From Sedimentisphaerales bacterium (GTDB lineage: Bacteria > Planctomycetota > Phycisphaerae > Sedimentisphaerales > Anaerobacaceae), in contig OY970194.1 of the NCBI GenBank assembly GCA_963708075.1, positions 5,632,001-5,696,000 of the forward strand: DNA of 64,000 bases. Reading direction: 5' to 3'. The translations under genes and the position numbers were made by a program. This document shows, one piece after another, positions 20,297-29,468 of this stretch (position 1 is its first letter; each line of letters begins with the position of its first letter). The notes beneath the pieces are model-generated. The model did not search any database, was not told the origin of the DNA, and was given only the letters and a program-made list of their open reading frames with translations.

Positions 20297-21194
20297 TCAT
20301 TTATGATCGGCCCGGCCCAGCCACGCCTCGGATTTGCATTGTTGCGTCCAGGCCCGCAGCGCCTGGAGCGATGCGGTCAGCGTGTCGATTCCGCCGCGCG
20401 CAGAAACTCCGACGGAGGGACTTCGAGAATGATCCGACCGTCAAAGTCATTGAGGATCAGAAGCCTGAGGAAGTCCTTCCAGGGGACAGTGTTATAGACG
20501 AGCGGCTGGTGGTCGTCGCCGCAGACGTCGTGGCAATGGACGTGCCCGATGCGCGGATCAGCGCCTGCGGCGGATGGAGCGGCCAGCCGTAGCGGCGAGC
20601 GTTCCAGTATGCATGCCCGAAGTCCCAGCACGCCACCGCGTCCGTCGCGATCGAGATCTCCAGCAACTCCTCGTATGTGTCGCCGATGCGCTGCCTCGGC
20701 TCATCGGCGTTCGGGCTGATCTGCAATTCCACCGCAACGGCGACATCGGGGACATTGTCGCGGCACCAATCGTGGGCCCACGTGAAGAATGAGATCGATT
20801 GGTCAAGGAGATACCGCCTGGGATCGGCGGATACGCCTGCCGCCGCGTGGATGTTGACGACCGTCGGGAATTGTTGCCGCCGGGCGGCCTCCGCAGCCAG
20901 AAGGAAGAATCGCTCGTGCAGGGCCCGGCAGGGATTCTCCTCCTCAGGCGAGAAGCACACCGGATTGAAGACGGTGCCCTCGGAGTAGGGATGCAGCGTC
21001 ACCTTCAGCCCCGCATCGACGCACCGGGCGATGTGGTCCTGCAGTACCGCCGTCTCGGTTTCCGGCCCGACCGGCGTCTCCACCACCTCCACGCCCAGTT
21101 CCCTCAGGAACGGCAAAATCTCCCGGCTGCCAAACAGCCGCTGGTAAACCTCATCGTGCGAAAACCCAATATCGAATTTCAGTCCTATCAGCAT
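20297..21194 (-). CDS. Sugar phosphate isomerase/epimerase (xylose-isomerase-like TIM barrel); two apparent frameshifts (~20553, ~20395)
   Basis: TLHPY, VNIHAA, VELQ, CWDFGHA then, in a shifted frame, IGHVHCHD...DHQPL...IILEV; TATAAT at 21206-21201 just upstream (near leaderless). Confidence 0.7.
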
Positions 21195-21261
21195 CGGCCC
21201 ATTATAGCGACCGTCCCCGCCAAACCAAGTGGCTGGCTCGTCCCCGCGACCCATCGCCGCA

Positions 21262-21918
21262 AATTGGCTTTGTTTCGCAGAACCGGCCCTGCCTGCTTCT
21301 GTCATTGCGAGCAGCACAGCGACGAAGCAATCTCAGGCGACTGCATGAATTGGCTTTGTTTTTCACACAGGCACTATCCGTGCTTTCTTTTATAACTCCT
21401 TTCCCCGTCAGCAGTTGCCCGTTGTCTGTACCTCCTGCAAATTGGCTTTGTTTCGCATTATCCTCTCTCGCTGCGCACGTGACATCGCCTCCCGTGACCC
21501 AGGTCTCCCATCTTCCCCACATTTGGCTTTGTTTCGCGCAGTAGGGTGAACGTCCCCGTTTGCTCCGGTGGTTGTGCAAGGCCACAGCCCGGAATTGGCT
21601 TTGTTTCGCGTCATCGTCTCTCCACGCGCATGGGACATTCGCGTTCCATGACCCAGATCCCCCATCTTGCCCAAGTTTGGCTTTGTTTCGCAAAGTCGGG
21701 TGAACGTCGCCGTTTGCTCCAGGTCCGCGTGCCGGGCCGCCGTCCGGAAATTGGCTTTGTCTCGCAGAATCGCCTGCTGAGTTCGCGGCGATCTCGTCTC
21801 GGCCATGTCTCCCATGCGCAATTGGCTTTGTTTCGCACAATTGATCCCTCGCCATCACGGCTCGTCGCCAGCGTGGCGACGAAGCCGTCTTGGCCGTCGA
21901 GATTGGCTTTGTTCCTGC
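21262..21918 (-). repeat. Interspaced repeat array: 9 copies of ~18-bp motif (A/G)(A/T)TTGGCTTTGTTTCGCA (minus: TGCGAAACAAAGCCAATT) with variable spacers
   Basis: Motif starts at 21262, 21348, 21440, 21521, 21593, 21675, 21749, 21820, 21901 (period 71-92 bp). Confidence 0.9.
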
Positions 21919-21947
21919 GTCTGGGTGATTTGAGGTTGCCTTCATGT

Positions 21948-22029
21948 CTCACGCAGAGACGCAGGAATGGACAGTGTGAAATCCGGTTCGGTCCCGCCCT
22001 TGTCGGCGCCTCCGCGTCTCTGCGCCTGA
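21948..22029. repeat. Inverted repeat/hairpin (cgcagagacgc family)
   Basis: tcacgcagagacgcagga ... tccgcgtctctgcgcctga. Confidence 0.6.
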
Positions 22030-22125
22030 ATTGGGTTATGGTCCAAGGCTCCACTGCCCTCTCGGGATGGCGGTGGCGAGAAGCCCAGACGTGCCGCTTG
22101 CGATTCTCTATTCAGTTGTGCAGCA

Positions 22126-22154
22126 ATCGTACAGGAACACCTGTTCTGTGTCAA
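22126..22154 (-). promoter_or_regulatory. Near-consensus sigma70 promoter facing the repeat array, with GAAC-N4-GTTC palindrome in its spacer
   Basis: Minus strand TTGACA-cagaacaggtgttcctg(17)-TACGAT. Confidence 0.75.
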
Positions 22155-22232
22155 GTGAAATACCAAGAATCTGGAACTTTATTTGGCTGCCCGGGGAAGA
22201 AGGAGCCGTCCTCAGGTGTTCTCCGGACACAA

Positions 22233-23282
22233 CTACGATGATGGTCCGGTTGGGCCCCTGCCCAGAATCGCCTCAAGCCTCTTGTGGAGGAGATTTCGCA
22301 GTTCCGTGATATTCTTGTACTCAGGAACATTGTGTACAGAAAGATCGAAGTGCAATCTTGTACCATGCTTTCGATAGAGAATTGGCCGTTTCTGCATTGC
22401 ATGGGCATAGCCAATTTCATAATAGACGTTCGGCCGCTCATAGGACAAATCTGCTATCAGCAATTCGCAGAGCGCTATTTCAGACAAGATCAGGTCGGTG
22501 ATTCTATCTTGATGTTGAATCTCATCGGCTCGGTAGGCGCGTACGCCGAACGAGACACACACCCGCTTGATGGTTTCATAGACATCTTCCAGTTCGGCGT
22601 TCTCAGGGTCCATCGGCATTAGGACAAAAGCAGTACCCTTCTTTATCTCCTGACGAAGCGGCGGTGACGGATTGTAAGAGACATAGTGGGTTGGTTGCCA
22701 CACTTGCCCGGAGAGAATCGTTCCAGGAAAATCCGTAGTATGCAGCGTGTAGGCCACGGAATTCTCTGCACGCCTTTCATAGTACTGTTGCATGAGTGGC
22801 TCTAAGCCTTCGAACGCAAGGTAAGCATCGTAGGCGTCGTCGCCATTAAGGGTAATAGACAAAAGTCCCGCTGACCCGGACCTTCCACTTCCCCCCGAGT
22901 AGAAACCCCCAAGACCAGATAGATTCTCTAACGCTATCTCAGCTTCTGTTTCTGGCAGTTGAACCATCTCAGACAGTCCCTTGGCGGTTATTGTCTCAAT
23001 GCCAGGTTGTTCCACTATGAGATCGCGAATCTTGAAGATCACCCGTTCAAGGTTCTTGAGTACAGGGGAATCGGGATCTACTTTCCAGATCCCGAGTATT
23101 GTCAGTTTCTTCCCGTTGAGCAGAAATCTGCTGTCGACCTTCTTAGGATCAAAGCCCCTCGGTAATTTGTCGCATAGCGTGACTTTTGCTATCTTTGGGT
23201 CAAACTGGGTGTCCTGATAAACAGCCTTGAGCCATGTAATGTCAGCCTCAGATAGCGCGTGGTCTTTGAATGACGAACTCAT
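22233..23282 (-). CDS. Protein with C-terminal TIR-like/nucleoside-2-deoxyribosyltransferase-like domain (possible defence effector)
   Basis: AFVLMPM...RADE...IADLSYERPNVYYEIGYAHA...HFDL; visibly AT-richer than flanks. Confidence 0.7.
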   Translation of the reverse strand: MSSSFKDHALSEADITWLKAVYQDTQFDPKIAKVTLCDKLPRGFDPKKVDSRFLLNGKKLTILGIWKVDPDSPVLKNLERVIFKIRDLIVEQPGIETITAKGLSEMVQLPETEAEIALENLSGLGGFYSGGSGRSGSAGLLSITLNGDDAYDAYLAFEGLEPLMQQYYERRAENSVAYTLHTTDFPGTILSGQVWQPTHYVSYNPSPPLRQEIKKGTAFVLMPMDPENAELEDVYETIKRVCVSFGVRAYRADEIQHQDRITDLILSEIALCELLIADLSYERPNVYYEIGYAHAMQKRPILYRKHGTRLHFDLSVHNVPEYKNITELRNLLHKRLEAILGRGPTGPSS

Positions 23283-23461
23283 GGTTTTTCACTTTCTTCT
23301 AAAGGGCCTTCATACAGACCTTAATCTTGACTCCCTTCAGGTCACTCTAACGCAGAGAACGCCCAAGGTCAATTTTCACCAGACGGATTGCGTGGACCTT
23401 CTAGGCCGGCAAATAAGGCAATGCGCGGAGCACGCCTTACCTGCTCTGGCCGATGCCGTAT

Positions 23462-24439
23462 TCAGTCGCTGCCGGGGAGGAGGTCGATGTCTTCGCGTTG
23501 GAGTAGTTGGATGATCTCGGCTTTGGTGGGCAGGGCCTCGATCACGCCGAACTTCGTGCAGACCAAGGCGCCGGCGGCGGAGGCGAACTTGACCGCTTCG
23601 CGCAGGTCGTGCTTGACCGCGCAATAGGCGGCCAGTGCGCCGGCGAAGGCGTCGCCGCTGCCGGTCTTGTCCACCAGGTCCACCCCGAAGGCGGGCACGT
23701 GGTCGGCGCCGCCGCGGTCCACTACCACGCATCCTCGCCGGCCCATCGTGATGACCGCGCAGCGGGCGCCGCGGGCCACGAGGTCCGAGCCGATGGATTT
23801 GGCCATGCGGATGTCGGTGGCCAGCGTGTCGGTGATTTCCGCCGCCTCGCCGAGGTTCGGGATCAGGACGTTGGCGGAGAAGTACTCGGGCGGCAGATCG
23901 ACGTTCTGCTGGCCCGCGTGTTCGAGCGGCCGGGCGGGATTGAGGATCACCGGCGTGCCGTGCAGCTCCGCGCAGCGAAGCGCCGCCACAATCGCCTCCT
24001 GCGGCAGGCACCCGTGAATCAGGCACACGTCCGCTTCGGCGATGCACTCCTCCGCCGTCTCGATGTCCGCCGGCTGCAGGGCGCTATTGGCCCCGATGTA
24101 GTGACAACTGGCGTTCTCGCCCTCGCAGTTGACCATCGTGACGATGACGCCCGTGCTCTTGGACTCGGCGAAGAACACGTACTCCGTGTCCACCTTGTAC
24201 TCATTGAGGCTCTTGAGGGCCATCTGGGCGAACCCGTCGCCGCCGACCTTGCTGACCAGGTGCACTTCGCAGCGGCACAGGGCGGTCTGAATGGCCTGGA
24301 TCGGGCCGGGACCGGCAATCGCGCAGGACAGGGCCGAGCCGCTGACCGCCTGCCCCGGGGCGGGAATCTGGCCGCACCGGAAGGCCATATCGACGTAGGT
24401 GCCGCCAATGACAACAACCTTCGGAATCCGTTCCGACAT
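23462..24439 (-). CDS. rbsK: Ribokinase (PfkB family)
   Basis: VVVIGG.VDM, KVGGDGF, STG, LNPA, IPNLGEA, VDKTGSGDAFAGALA. Confidence 0.85.
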   Translation of the reverse strand: MSERIPKVVVIGGTYVDMAFRCGQIPAPGQAVSGSALSCAIAGPGPIQAIQTALCRCEVHLVSKVGGDGFAQMALKSLNEYKVDTEYVFFAESKSTGVIVTMVNCEGENASCHYIGANSALQPADIETAEECIAEADVCLIHGCLPQEAIVAALRCAELHGTPVILNPARPLEHAGQQNVDLPPEYFSANVLIPNLGEAAEITDTLATDIRMAKSIGSDLVARGARCAVITMGRRGCVVVDRGGADHVPAFGVDLVDKTGSGDAFAGALAAYCAVKHDLREAVKFASAAGALVCTKFGVIEALPTKAEIIQLLQREDIDLLPGSD

Positions 24440-24726
24440 CTTCTATCCTCAGGCAATACCTTTTTCTCCTGATCGCCCCAGTATAGGCCCCTGTTCCAAG
24501 CGACACAACGATTTTCCGGACGAATCCGCCCAGCGGGCTGGCGCCTGGGGATGCCTGCTCAGCGACGGGTCAATTCCGCCGCTGACCGCCGACAGGTTCC
24601 CAAACAGATCCTGTGACTGGGCGGCGGACAAGGTTTGGTAGCTGATACTTAAGGATTTGGTGCACCGTCAAGTAAGTTGGCAACGTCCCAAATCCTTGAG
24701 ATCGAGCCTGTGCAAGCTGCGCAGTC

Positions 24727-24807
24727 GGGTGGCAGCGTCAAGGCCGAAGGCCTTGGCGATGGCGAATGGGCAAGACCATCGCCAAGCTGCGCTTGACGCT
24801 GCCACCC
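24727..24807. repeat. REPIN (family A)
   Basis: gggtggcagcgtcaaggccgaaggccttggcgatgg ... ccatcgccaagctgcgcttgacgctgccaccc. Confidence 0.85.
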
Positions 24808-24833
24808 AAAACTCAACAACTTGAGACGAACCC

Positions 24834-24911
24834 AACTCGTTTGACGGTGCTGTTTCGACTGAGCCGGTTCATTCGAGACTTCGCGGGCCAACGAGTTTGC
24901 CCGTGCCACCC
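24834..24911. repeat. REPIN (family B), left arm truncated
   Basis: aactcgtttgacggtgc ... gagtttgcccgtgccaccc; matches 7802-7894. Confidence 0.75.
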
Positions 24912-24939
24912 ATGACTTTGCCCTTCCACGCCGGGCAAC

Positions 24940-25296
24940 TCATTGACTTGCCTGCTGCTCGAGCCAGCGTTTGATGACGCTCAGGATGTAGTCGATCTCG
25001 GCCGGGGAGAGGGGCCGGCCTTTGGGGATGGCGTGCCATTTTTCCAGGCAGCCGCGACAGCAGGTGGCGGTGGCGTGCTGGGCGATGAAGGCGGGGTGGT
25101 TGCGCATCGGGGTCTGGCGGCCGTCGTTGGCGGGCTCAGCCGGGGCCAGCCGGCTCTCGATGAAGTCCCTCGCGTGAACAAGGACCGTGTCCAGTCCCTT
25201 CTCCTTGAGGTACGCGGCTTCCCTGCCGCGAAGCCGGAACCGGCTGCGAAACTCCGACCGTCCCAACGCCGCGAACAGTTCATCCAGGTCACGCAT
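24940..25296 (-). CDS. DUF4186 family protein
   Basis: SEFRSRFRL...RLAPAEPANDGRQTPMRNHPAFIAQHATATCCRGCLEKWHAI. Confidence 0.9.
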   Translation of the reverse strand: MRDLDELFAALGRSEFRSRFRLRGREAAYLKEKGLDTVLVHARDFIESRLAPAEPANDGRQTPMRNHPAFIAQHATATCCRGCLEKWHAIPKGRPLSPAEIDYILSVIKRWLEQQASQ

Positions 25297-25298
25297 CA

Positions 25299-27656
25299 CT
25301 ATGGGCCCTTCTTCTCCGCCAGCATCGTGTCGAAGAAGCCTGTTTTCTTGAGGTACTGGTACAGGTACGAGACCCCCACGAGGGCCAGGCCGGTCACCAG
25401 GAATCCGGCGATGCGGTATATGGTTTCGAGCTCGCGGGTGTCTACGAGGAAGATCTTGGCCAGCAGGAGCACGAAGATGCCGAGGGCCAGGTACCGCAAA
25501 GGCCGGACCCGACGCCAGAAACCCACCACCATCAGCACCGTTGCATACACCGCCCACAGGATCGAGATGTACATCTGCATCAGGAACCGCCACTGGGCGC
25601 TGGGACGCAGGCGGTCATAGTAGAGCCAGATCTCCTCCGTCAGCAGGATCCACAGCACGACGATCGTGCCGAGCACGACGAGTCCCGAGGCTACGAACTC
25701 GTCCGGCTCCCGGCGCTCCGTTTGCTGCAGCAGCCACGCCGACGCGAAGAGCACGGCAACCAGCAGGATCGCCCGGGCGAAGTCGCCGTTGACGAACATC
25801 GTGAACTTGGGTTCGTGGACGCCCGGGAGCGTCACCAGGATATGAACGGCGGCGGCCGCGGCCAACAGTGTCCCCGTGACCCTGCTGGCCAGCCCGCGCG
25901 GGCAGATCGGACGCGCGATGAGCAGGAGGATGAACACCGCGAAGACGAGCACCATCTGTTCCCAGAAGAACGCTACGCTGCCTTTGCTGGCCGGGATGTT
26001 GAACTCACGATGCCACCACAGTTCCATCACGACGGTCGCCATGAGCAATCCGAGAGCGGCCACGTAGAGCCCTTGCGTGCTCATCGATCGCAGGACAGGG
26101 TCTATGCGTCCGTCGAGCCGGTACAGGACATGGCAAACCATCACCGCCGCGGCGACGAAGCACCACGTGCCGAACGCAGTGTTGAAGACCGGCCGGAACG
26201 GATCAATGTGCAGGGGCAGACCGGTCACGAGGTCGCCAACCGCCAACGCCAGCACGATGGCCCCTGCAAGCTGCGTCGGGAGACTGCGGTAACGCAGACC
26301 AGTGATGACCAGGAGCAAGCCCTCGATGCCCCACAGCATCGCAACCGCGTACACCTCGAAATACAGCGGCACAGCGATCGTGATGAATGCCAGCCCGGCG
26401 ATCAGCAGCACCTGCCACAGGTCCGAGTCTTCCCGGTACCGCACGATGACCGCGGCGGCTGCCGCGAGGTGAGCGGCGCCCATGCCGACGCTGCACCACG
26501 CCAGCGCCGCTCGATAGTCGTGGTTTAGGATAGTCCACAGGTAGTAGAACACGGCGGCGGCGTTGGCCAGGACCAGCACGATGTCCTGCGGGGCGGATTT
26601 GACCCGGCGGACCAGCGTGTGCAGGAGCGGGAGCATGAGGTAGATGAGGAAGAATATCGTCAGCCAGAACAGGGCGACGCCGAGCTGCTCGGGCGGCCCG
26701 TCGTGCGACATCGCGGGCCGGTAGAACCGCTCGAACCAGCCCGTGTACAACAGGTATGTGCCGATGAAGACGAGGATGTTGACGGGATTCCACTTTCGCC
26801 AATAGGCGCAGGCCACCGCGCCCGCGCTGAGGATCAGGACGTAGCTGAACAGCAGCATGGGCCGATTCTGTCCCGTGGACAGCACGACGGGCGTCAGGTA
26901 TCCGCCGATCAGCGAGAGCATGGCGATGACGATCTCATCGAGCACGACGGCGTAGAGCATGGCTCCGGCAGTGACGCCGATGGCCAGGACAAAGGCCGTC
27001 GGTGAGTTGATCAGGCCGTACCAGCGATGGGCGGCGAACACCGTCGCGTAGAGAATCGCGAAGCCCAGGGCCGTCACGCCCTTGGCCACGATGTCATACC
27101 CGCGCCGACGAGTCACCTCGCCGATGGCCAGTGCGGCCAGTCCCGAAAATCCCGCGATCAGCACCCGGCCCAGCGGCCCAATCCACCGCTGATCGTACGC
27201 GTACTTCAGGAAGAACCCGACGGCGAACATGACCGTGATCACGCCCGCAATAAGTACCCATCGCGTCCCGATCCGCTGCTCCAGGCCGGCACCCGTATCT
27301 TGCGGCGCAGGCCCCGGCATCACACGGGCCTCTCTGTCCTTCTGGAAGAAGGCTTCGACTCTTGCCGGCTGGGGCGCAGGCCTCGGCGCCTCCTCTGTTT
27401 GCACAACAGGGGCTTGAGCGACCGTCTCACGCCGGACCTCTTCAATGCCCGATGCCGGCCAGATTGTCTTCATCGGCTCAGGCCTCGCCGGCACAGTCGT
27501 TGCGGAGGCCGCGACTGATCCGCGAGATGCGCGCGCCAACTCGTCCACGCGGCCCTGCAATTCTTTGAGCCTCTTGAGCGCGACAAAGCTGATAATCATC
27601 GCAATGGGTCCGCTCAGGACAATGAATAAGGCCAAGAGAAACAGCAATCCCTGCAT
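25299..27656 (-). CDS. DUF2339 family multi-pass membrane protein
   Basis: LEQRIGTRW...VGFFLKYA...WIGPLGR; many TM helices; C-terminal KIFLVD...YRIAGF. Confidence 0.85.
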   Translation of the reverse strand: MQGLLFLLALFIVLSGPIAMIISFVALKRLKELQGRVDELARASRGSVAASATTVPARPEPMKTIWPASGIEEVRRETVAQAPVVQTEEAPRPAPQPARVEAFFQKDREARVMPGPAPQDTGAGLEQRIGTRWVLIAGVITVMFAVGFFLKYAYDQRWIGPLGRVLIAGFSGLAALAIGEVTRRRGYDIVAKGVTALGFAILYATVFAAHRWYGLINSPTAFVLAIGVTAGAMLYAVVLDEIVIAMLSLIGGYLTPVVLSTGQNRPMLLFSYVLILSAGAVACAYWRKWNPVNILVFIGTYLLYTGWFERFYRPAMSHDGPPEQLGVALFWLTIFFLIYLMLPLLHTLVRRVKSAPQDIVLVLANAAAVFYYLWTILNHDYRAALAWCSVGMGAAHLAAAAAVIVRYREDSDLWQVLLIAGLAFITIAVPLYFEVYAVAMLWGIEGLLLVITGLRYRSLPTQLAGAIVLALAVGDLVTGLPLHIDPFRPVFNTAFGTWCFVAAAVMVCHVLYRLDGRIDPVLRSMSTQGLYVAALGLLMATVVMELWWHREFNIPASKGSVAFFWEQMVLVFAVFILLLIARPICPRGLASRVTGTLLAAAAAVHILVTLPGVHEPKFTMFVNGDFARAILLVAVLFASAWLLQQTERREPDEFVASGLVVLGTIVVLWILLTEEIWLYYDRLRPSAQWRFLMQMYISILWAVYATVLMVVGFWRRVRPLRYLALGIFVLLLAKIFLVDTRELETIYRIAGFLVTGLALVGVSYLYQYLKKTGFFDTMLAEKKGP

Positions 27657-27816
27657 ACACGTCGCTCCCGATCCTGCGACCATCACAAAAGCCGAACCGT
27701 CACCACTTTATCCCCTTTCCACGCGGCCTGTCAAATCCTATCCCCACCGCCTGACAGCATCGTGCCATATGAAAGGTGTGCACGGCACACCCTGCCCTTT
27801 CAAGGTGAAAGACCAC

Positions 27817-27894
27817 GGGCGCCATGTTTATGCTTGCATAGGCATGCCTTGCCCGTCGATGGAGCATGTCCACGCGAGCGTGGACATGGCACCC
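27817..27894. repeat. REPIN (family C)
   Basis: gggcgccatgtttatgcttgcataggcatg ... catgtccacgcgagcgtggacatggcaccc. Confidence 0.8.
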
Positions 27895-28009
27895 GCAACC
27901 CACAAGTTTAAGATAGTCGGGGTACTATGAAAGCCAAGGCCTCCTGCCTGGAGGGGTTCGGCCGGGTTTGACTGCTTTGAAAAAGTTGCGGAGGGCGGAG
28001 GGTTTTTAT

Positions 28010-28035
28010 GTAATCTGGGGGGCTGGGGTGTGTCT
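28010..28035 (+). promoter_or_regulatory. Putative ECF-sigma (autoregulatory) promoter
   Basis: GTAAT-N16-TGTCT, 30 nt before the ECF start. Confidence 0.45.
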
Positions 28036-28065
28036 TTATTGTGGAATCCAATGACGGAGCTCTGA

Positions 28066-28593
28066 TTGGACGAACGCAGCGATAACGATCTGGTGATGGC
28101 GTCGAGCCGGGGGGATCGGACGGCGTATGCCGTGCTGGTCAGGCGGCACTATAACCAGACCTTTCTCGTCTGCCTCGGCGTTCTGGGCCACGTCCATGAC
28201 GCCGAGGACGTCGCGCAGGACGCGATGATCAAGGGATTCGAGCGAATCCGCCAACTCCGCACGGGCTCGCAGTTCGGGGCCTGGGTCGGGGCCATCGCCA
28301 GGAACCTGAGCATCAACCTGCTCCGCAAGCAGAAGATGACGGAGAAGGCGCTGAATGCCGAGGAATCTTTGCGGCGGCGCGAGGGCCGGCCTGCCTGCGA
28401 GGACTTGCAGCAGGCGGTGGCCCAACTCCCCTGGGACCTTCGACTGCCGCTCGTGATGTATTACTTCGACGGCCAGAACGTCAAGACCGTGGCCGAGAAG
28501 CTGGAGATATCGACTTCGGGGGTCTATCAGAAACTCAGGACCGCCATCCAGGAGTTGCACGAGATTTTAACCACGCAAGGAGATACACCATGA
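28066..28593 (+). CDS. ECF RNA polymerase sigma factor
   Basis: DAEDVAQDA, FGAWVGAIARN, region 4 LPWDLRLPLVMYYFDG. Confidence 0.92.
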   Translation: MDERSDNDLVMASSRGDRTAYAVLVRRHYNQTFLVCLGVLGHVHDAEDVAQDAMIKGFERIRQLRTGSQFGAWVGAIARNLSINLLRKQKMTEKALNAEESLRRREGRPACEDLQQAVAQLPWDLRLPLVMYYFDGQNVKTVAEKLEISTSGVYQKLRTAIQELHEILTTQGDTP

Positions 28594-29297
28594 ACAGACC
28601 TTGCCCGAATATGCAGGACAAGATTGCGGATTACGTGCTCGGGGCGTTGGACGCCGCGCAGGCCGATGCTTTGCAGGAGCACGTCAGCGAGTGCTCCGGC
28701 TGCCGGCAGTACATGCAGAGTCTGAGGAGTCAGAGCGAATCGCTTGTTGAGCTGGGTCGCGAGATCGGCACCGGCATGACCACCCGTCAGGACAAGGTAA
28801 TCGAGGCCCTGGAGAACGCCGAGCCGATTGCCCGCCGTGCGTTCCCGTTCGTCGGCGGATTCGCTAAGACTGCCGTCGCGGCGGTGCTGCTGCTCGGCGC
28901 CGGGATCACCATCGGCCGGTGGACGGCCCCGCGCCAGGTTGATGTCGAGAAGCTCCGGGCCGACCTGCAGGCATCCATCGCCGCTTCCATCAAGCCGGTC
29001 GTGGAAACGACGGTCCTGGCCCAGGTCGATCGGCGTCTGCAGGCCGAGGCCCAGCGGCAGGCTGAGCTGGCCATGCAGACGCAAAAGGACCTGTTCATGC
29101 TGGTTGAGCAGTGCACAGGCCTCGAGAATCTCATGAAAGGACGATTTGCCGAGTTAGTCGAGATCATCGAAGCCGGCCGCGAGACGGACCGCTGGCGCGT
29201 CGAGAAGGCGCTGCTGGAGATGAGGACACAGACGGGATTGGGCCTGCAAGCCCTCGCCGTTCGAGCCGGCGATCGCGCCACCACCGTCCATGACTGA
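28590..29297 (+). CDS. Zinc-finger (zf-HC2) membrane anti-sigma factor
   Basis: HVSECSGC motif, single TM helix, coupled to the ECF gene. Confidence 0.85.
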   Translation: MNRPCPNMQDKIADYVLGALDAAQADALQEHVSECSGCRQYMQSLRSQSESLVELGREIGTGMTTRQDKVIEALENAEPIARRAFPFVGGFAKTAVAAVLLLGAGITIGRWTAPRQVDVEKLRADLQASIAASIKPVVETTVLAQVDRRLQAEAQRQAELAMQTQKDLFMLVEQCTGLENLMKGRFAELVEIIEAGRETDRWRVEKALLEMRTQTGLGLQALAVRAGDRATTVHD

Positions 29298-29328
29298 TAC
29301 CGACTACCATTGAATATCTCATTCGTCC

Positions 29329-29408
29329 GGGTGGCAGCGGCAAGGCCGAAGGCTTTGCCGATGGCGGATGGGCAAACCATCGGCAAGCTGCGCTTGCCGC
29401 TGCCACCC
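29329..29408. repeat. REPIN (family A) inside the ECF operon
   Basis: gggtggcagcggcaaggccgaaggctttgccgatgg ... ccatcggcaagctgcgcttgccgctgccaccc. Confidence 0.85.
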
Positions 29409-29468
29409 AAAGCTGAATGACGTGTGATGCCGGAAGACGCAAGTAGCACCCATGAAAGGATAAACGTC

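Noticed and set aside
21262..21918. CRISPR array
   Set aside because: Repeat is only ~18 bp, non-palindromic and degenerate; spacers are long, uneven and partly paralogous; no cas genes in the window
21202..22241. ORFs 21202-21945, 21408-21821, 21611-22054 and 21546-22241 as real proteins
   Set aside because: They overlap the array in different frames, with the motif shifting frame between units; no RBS or domain support
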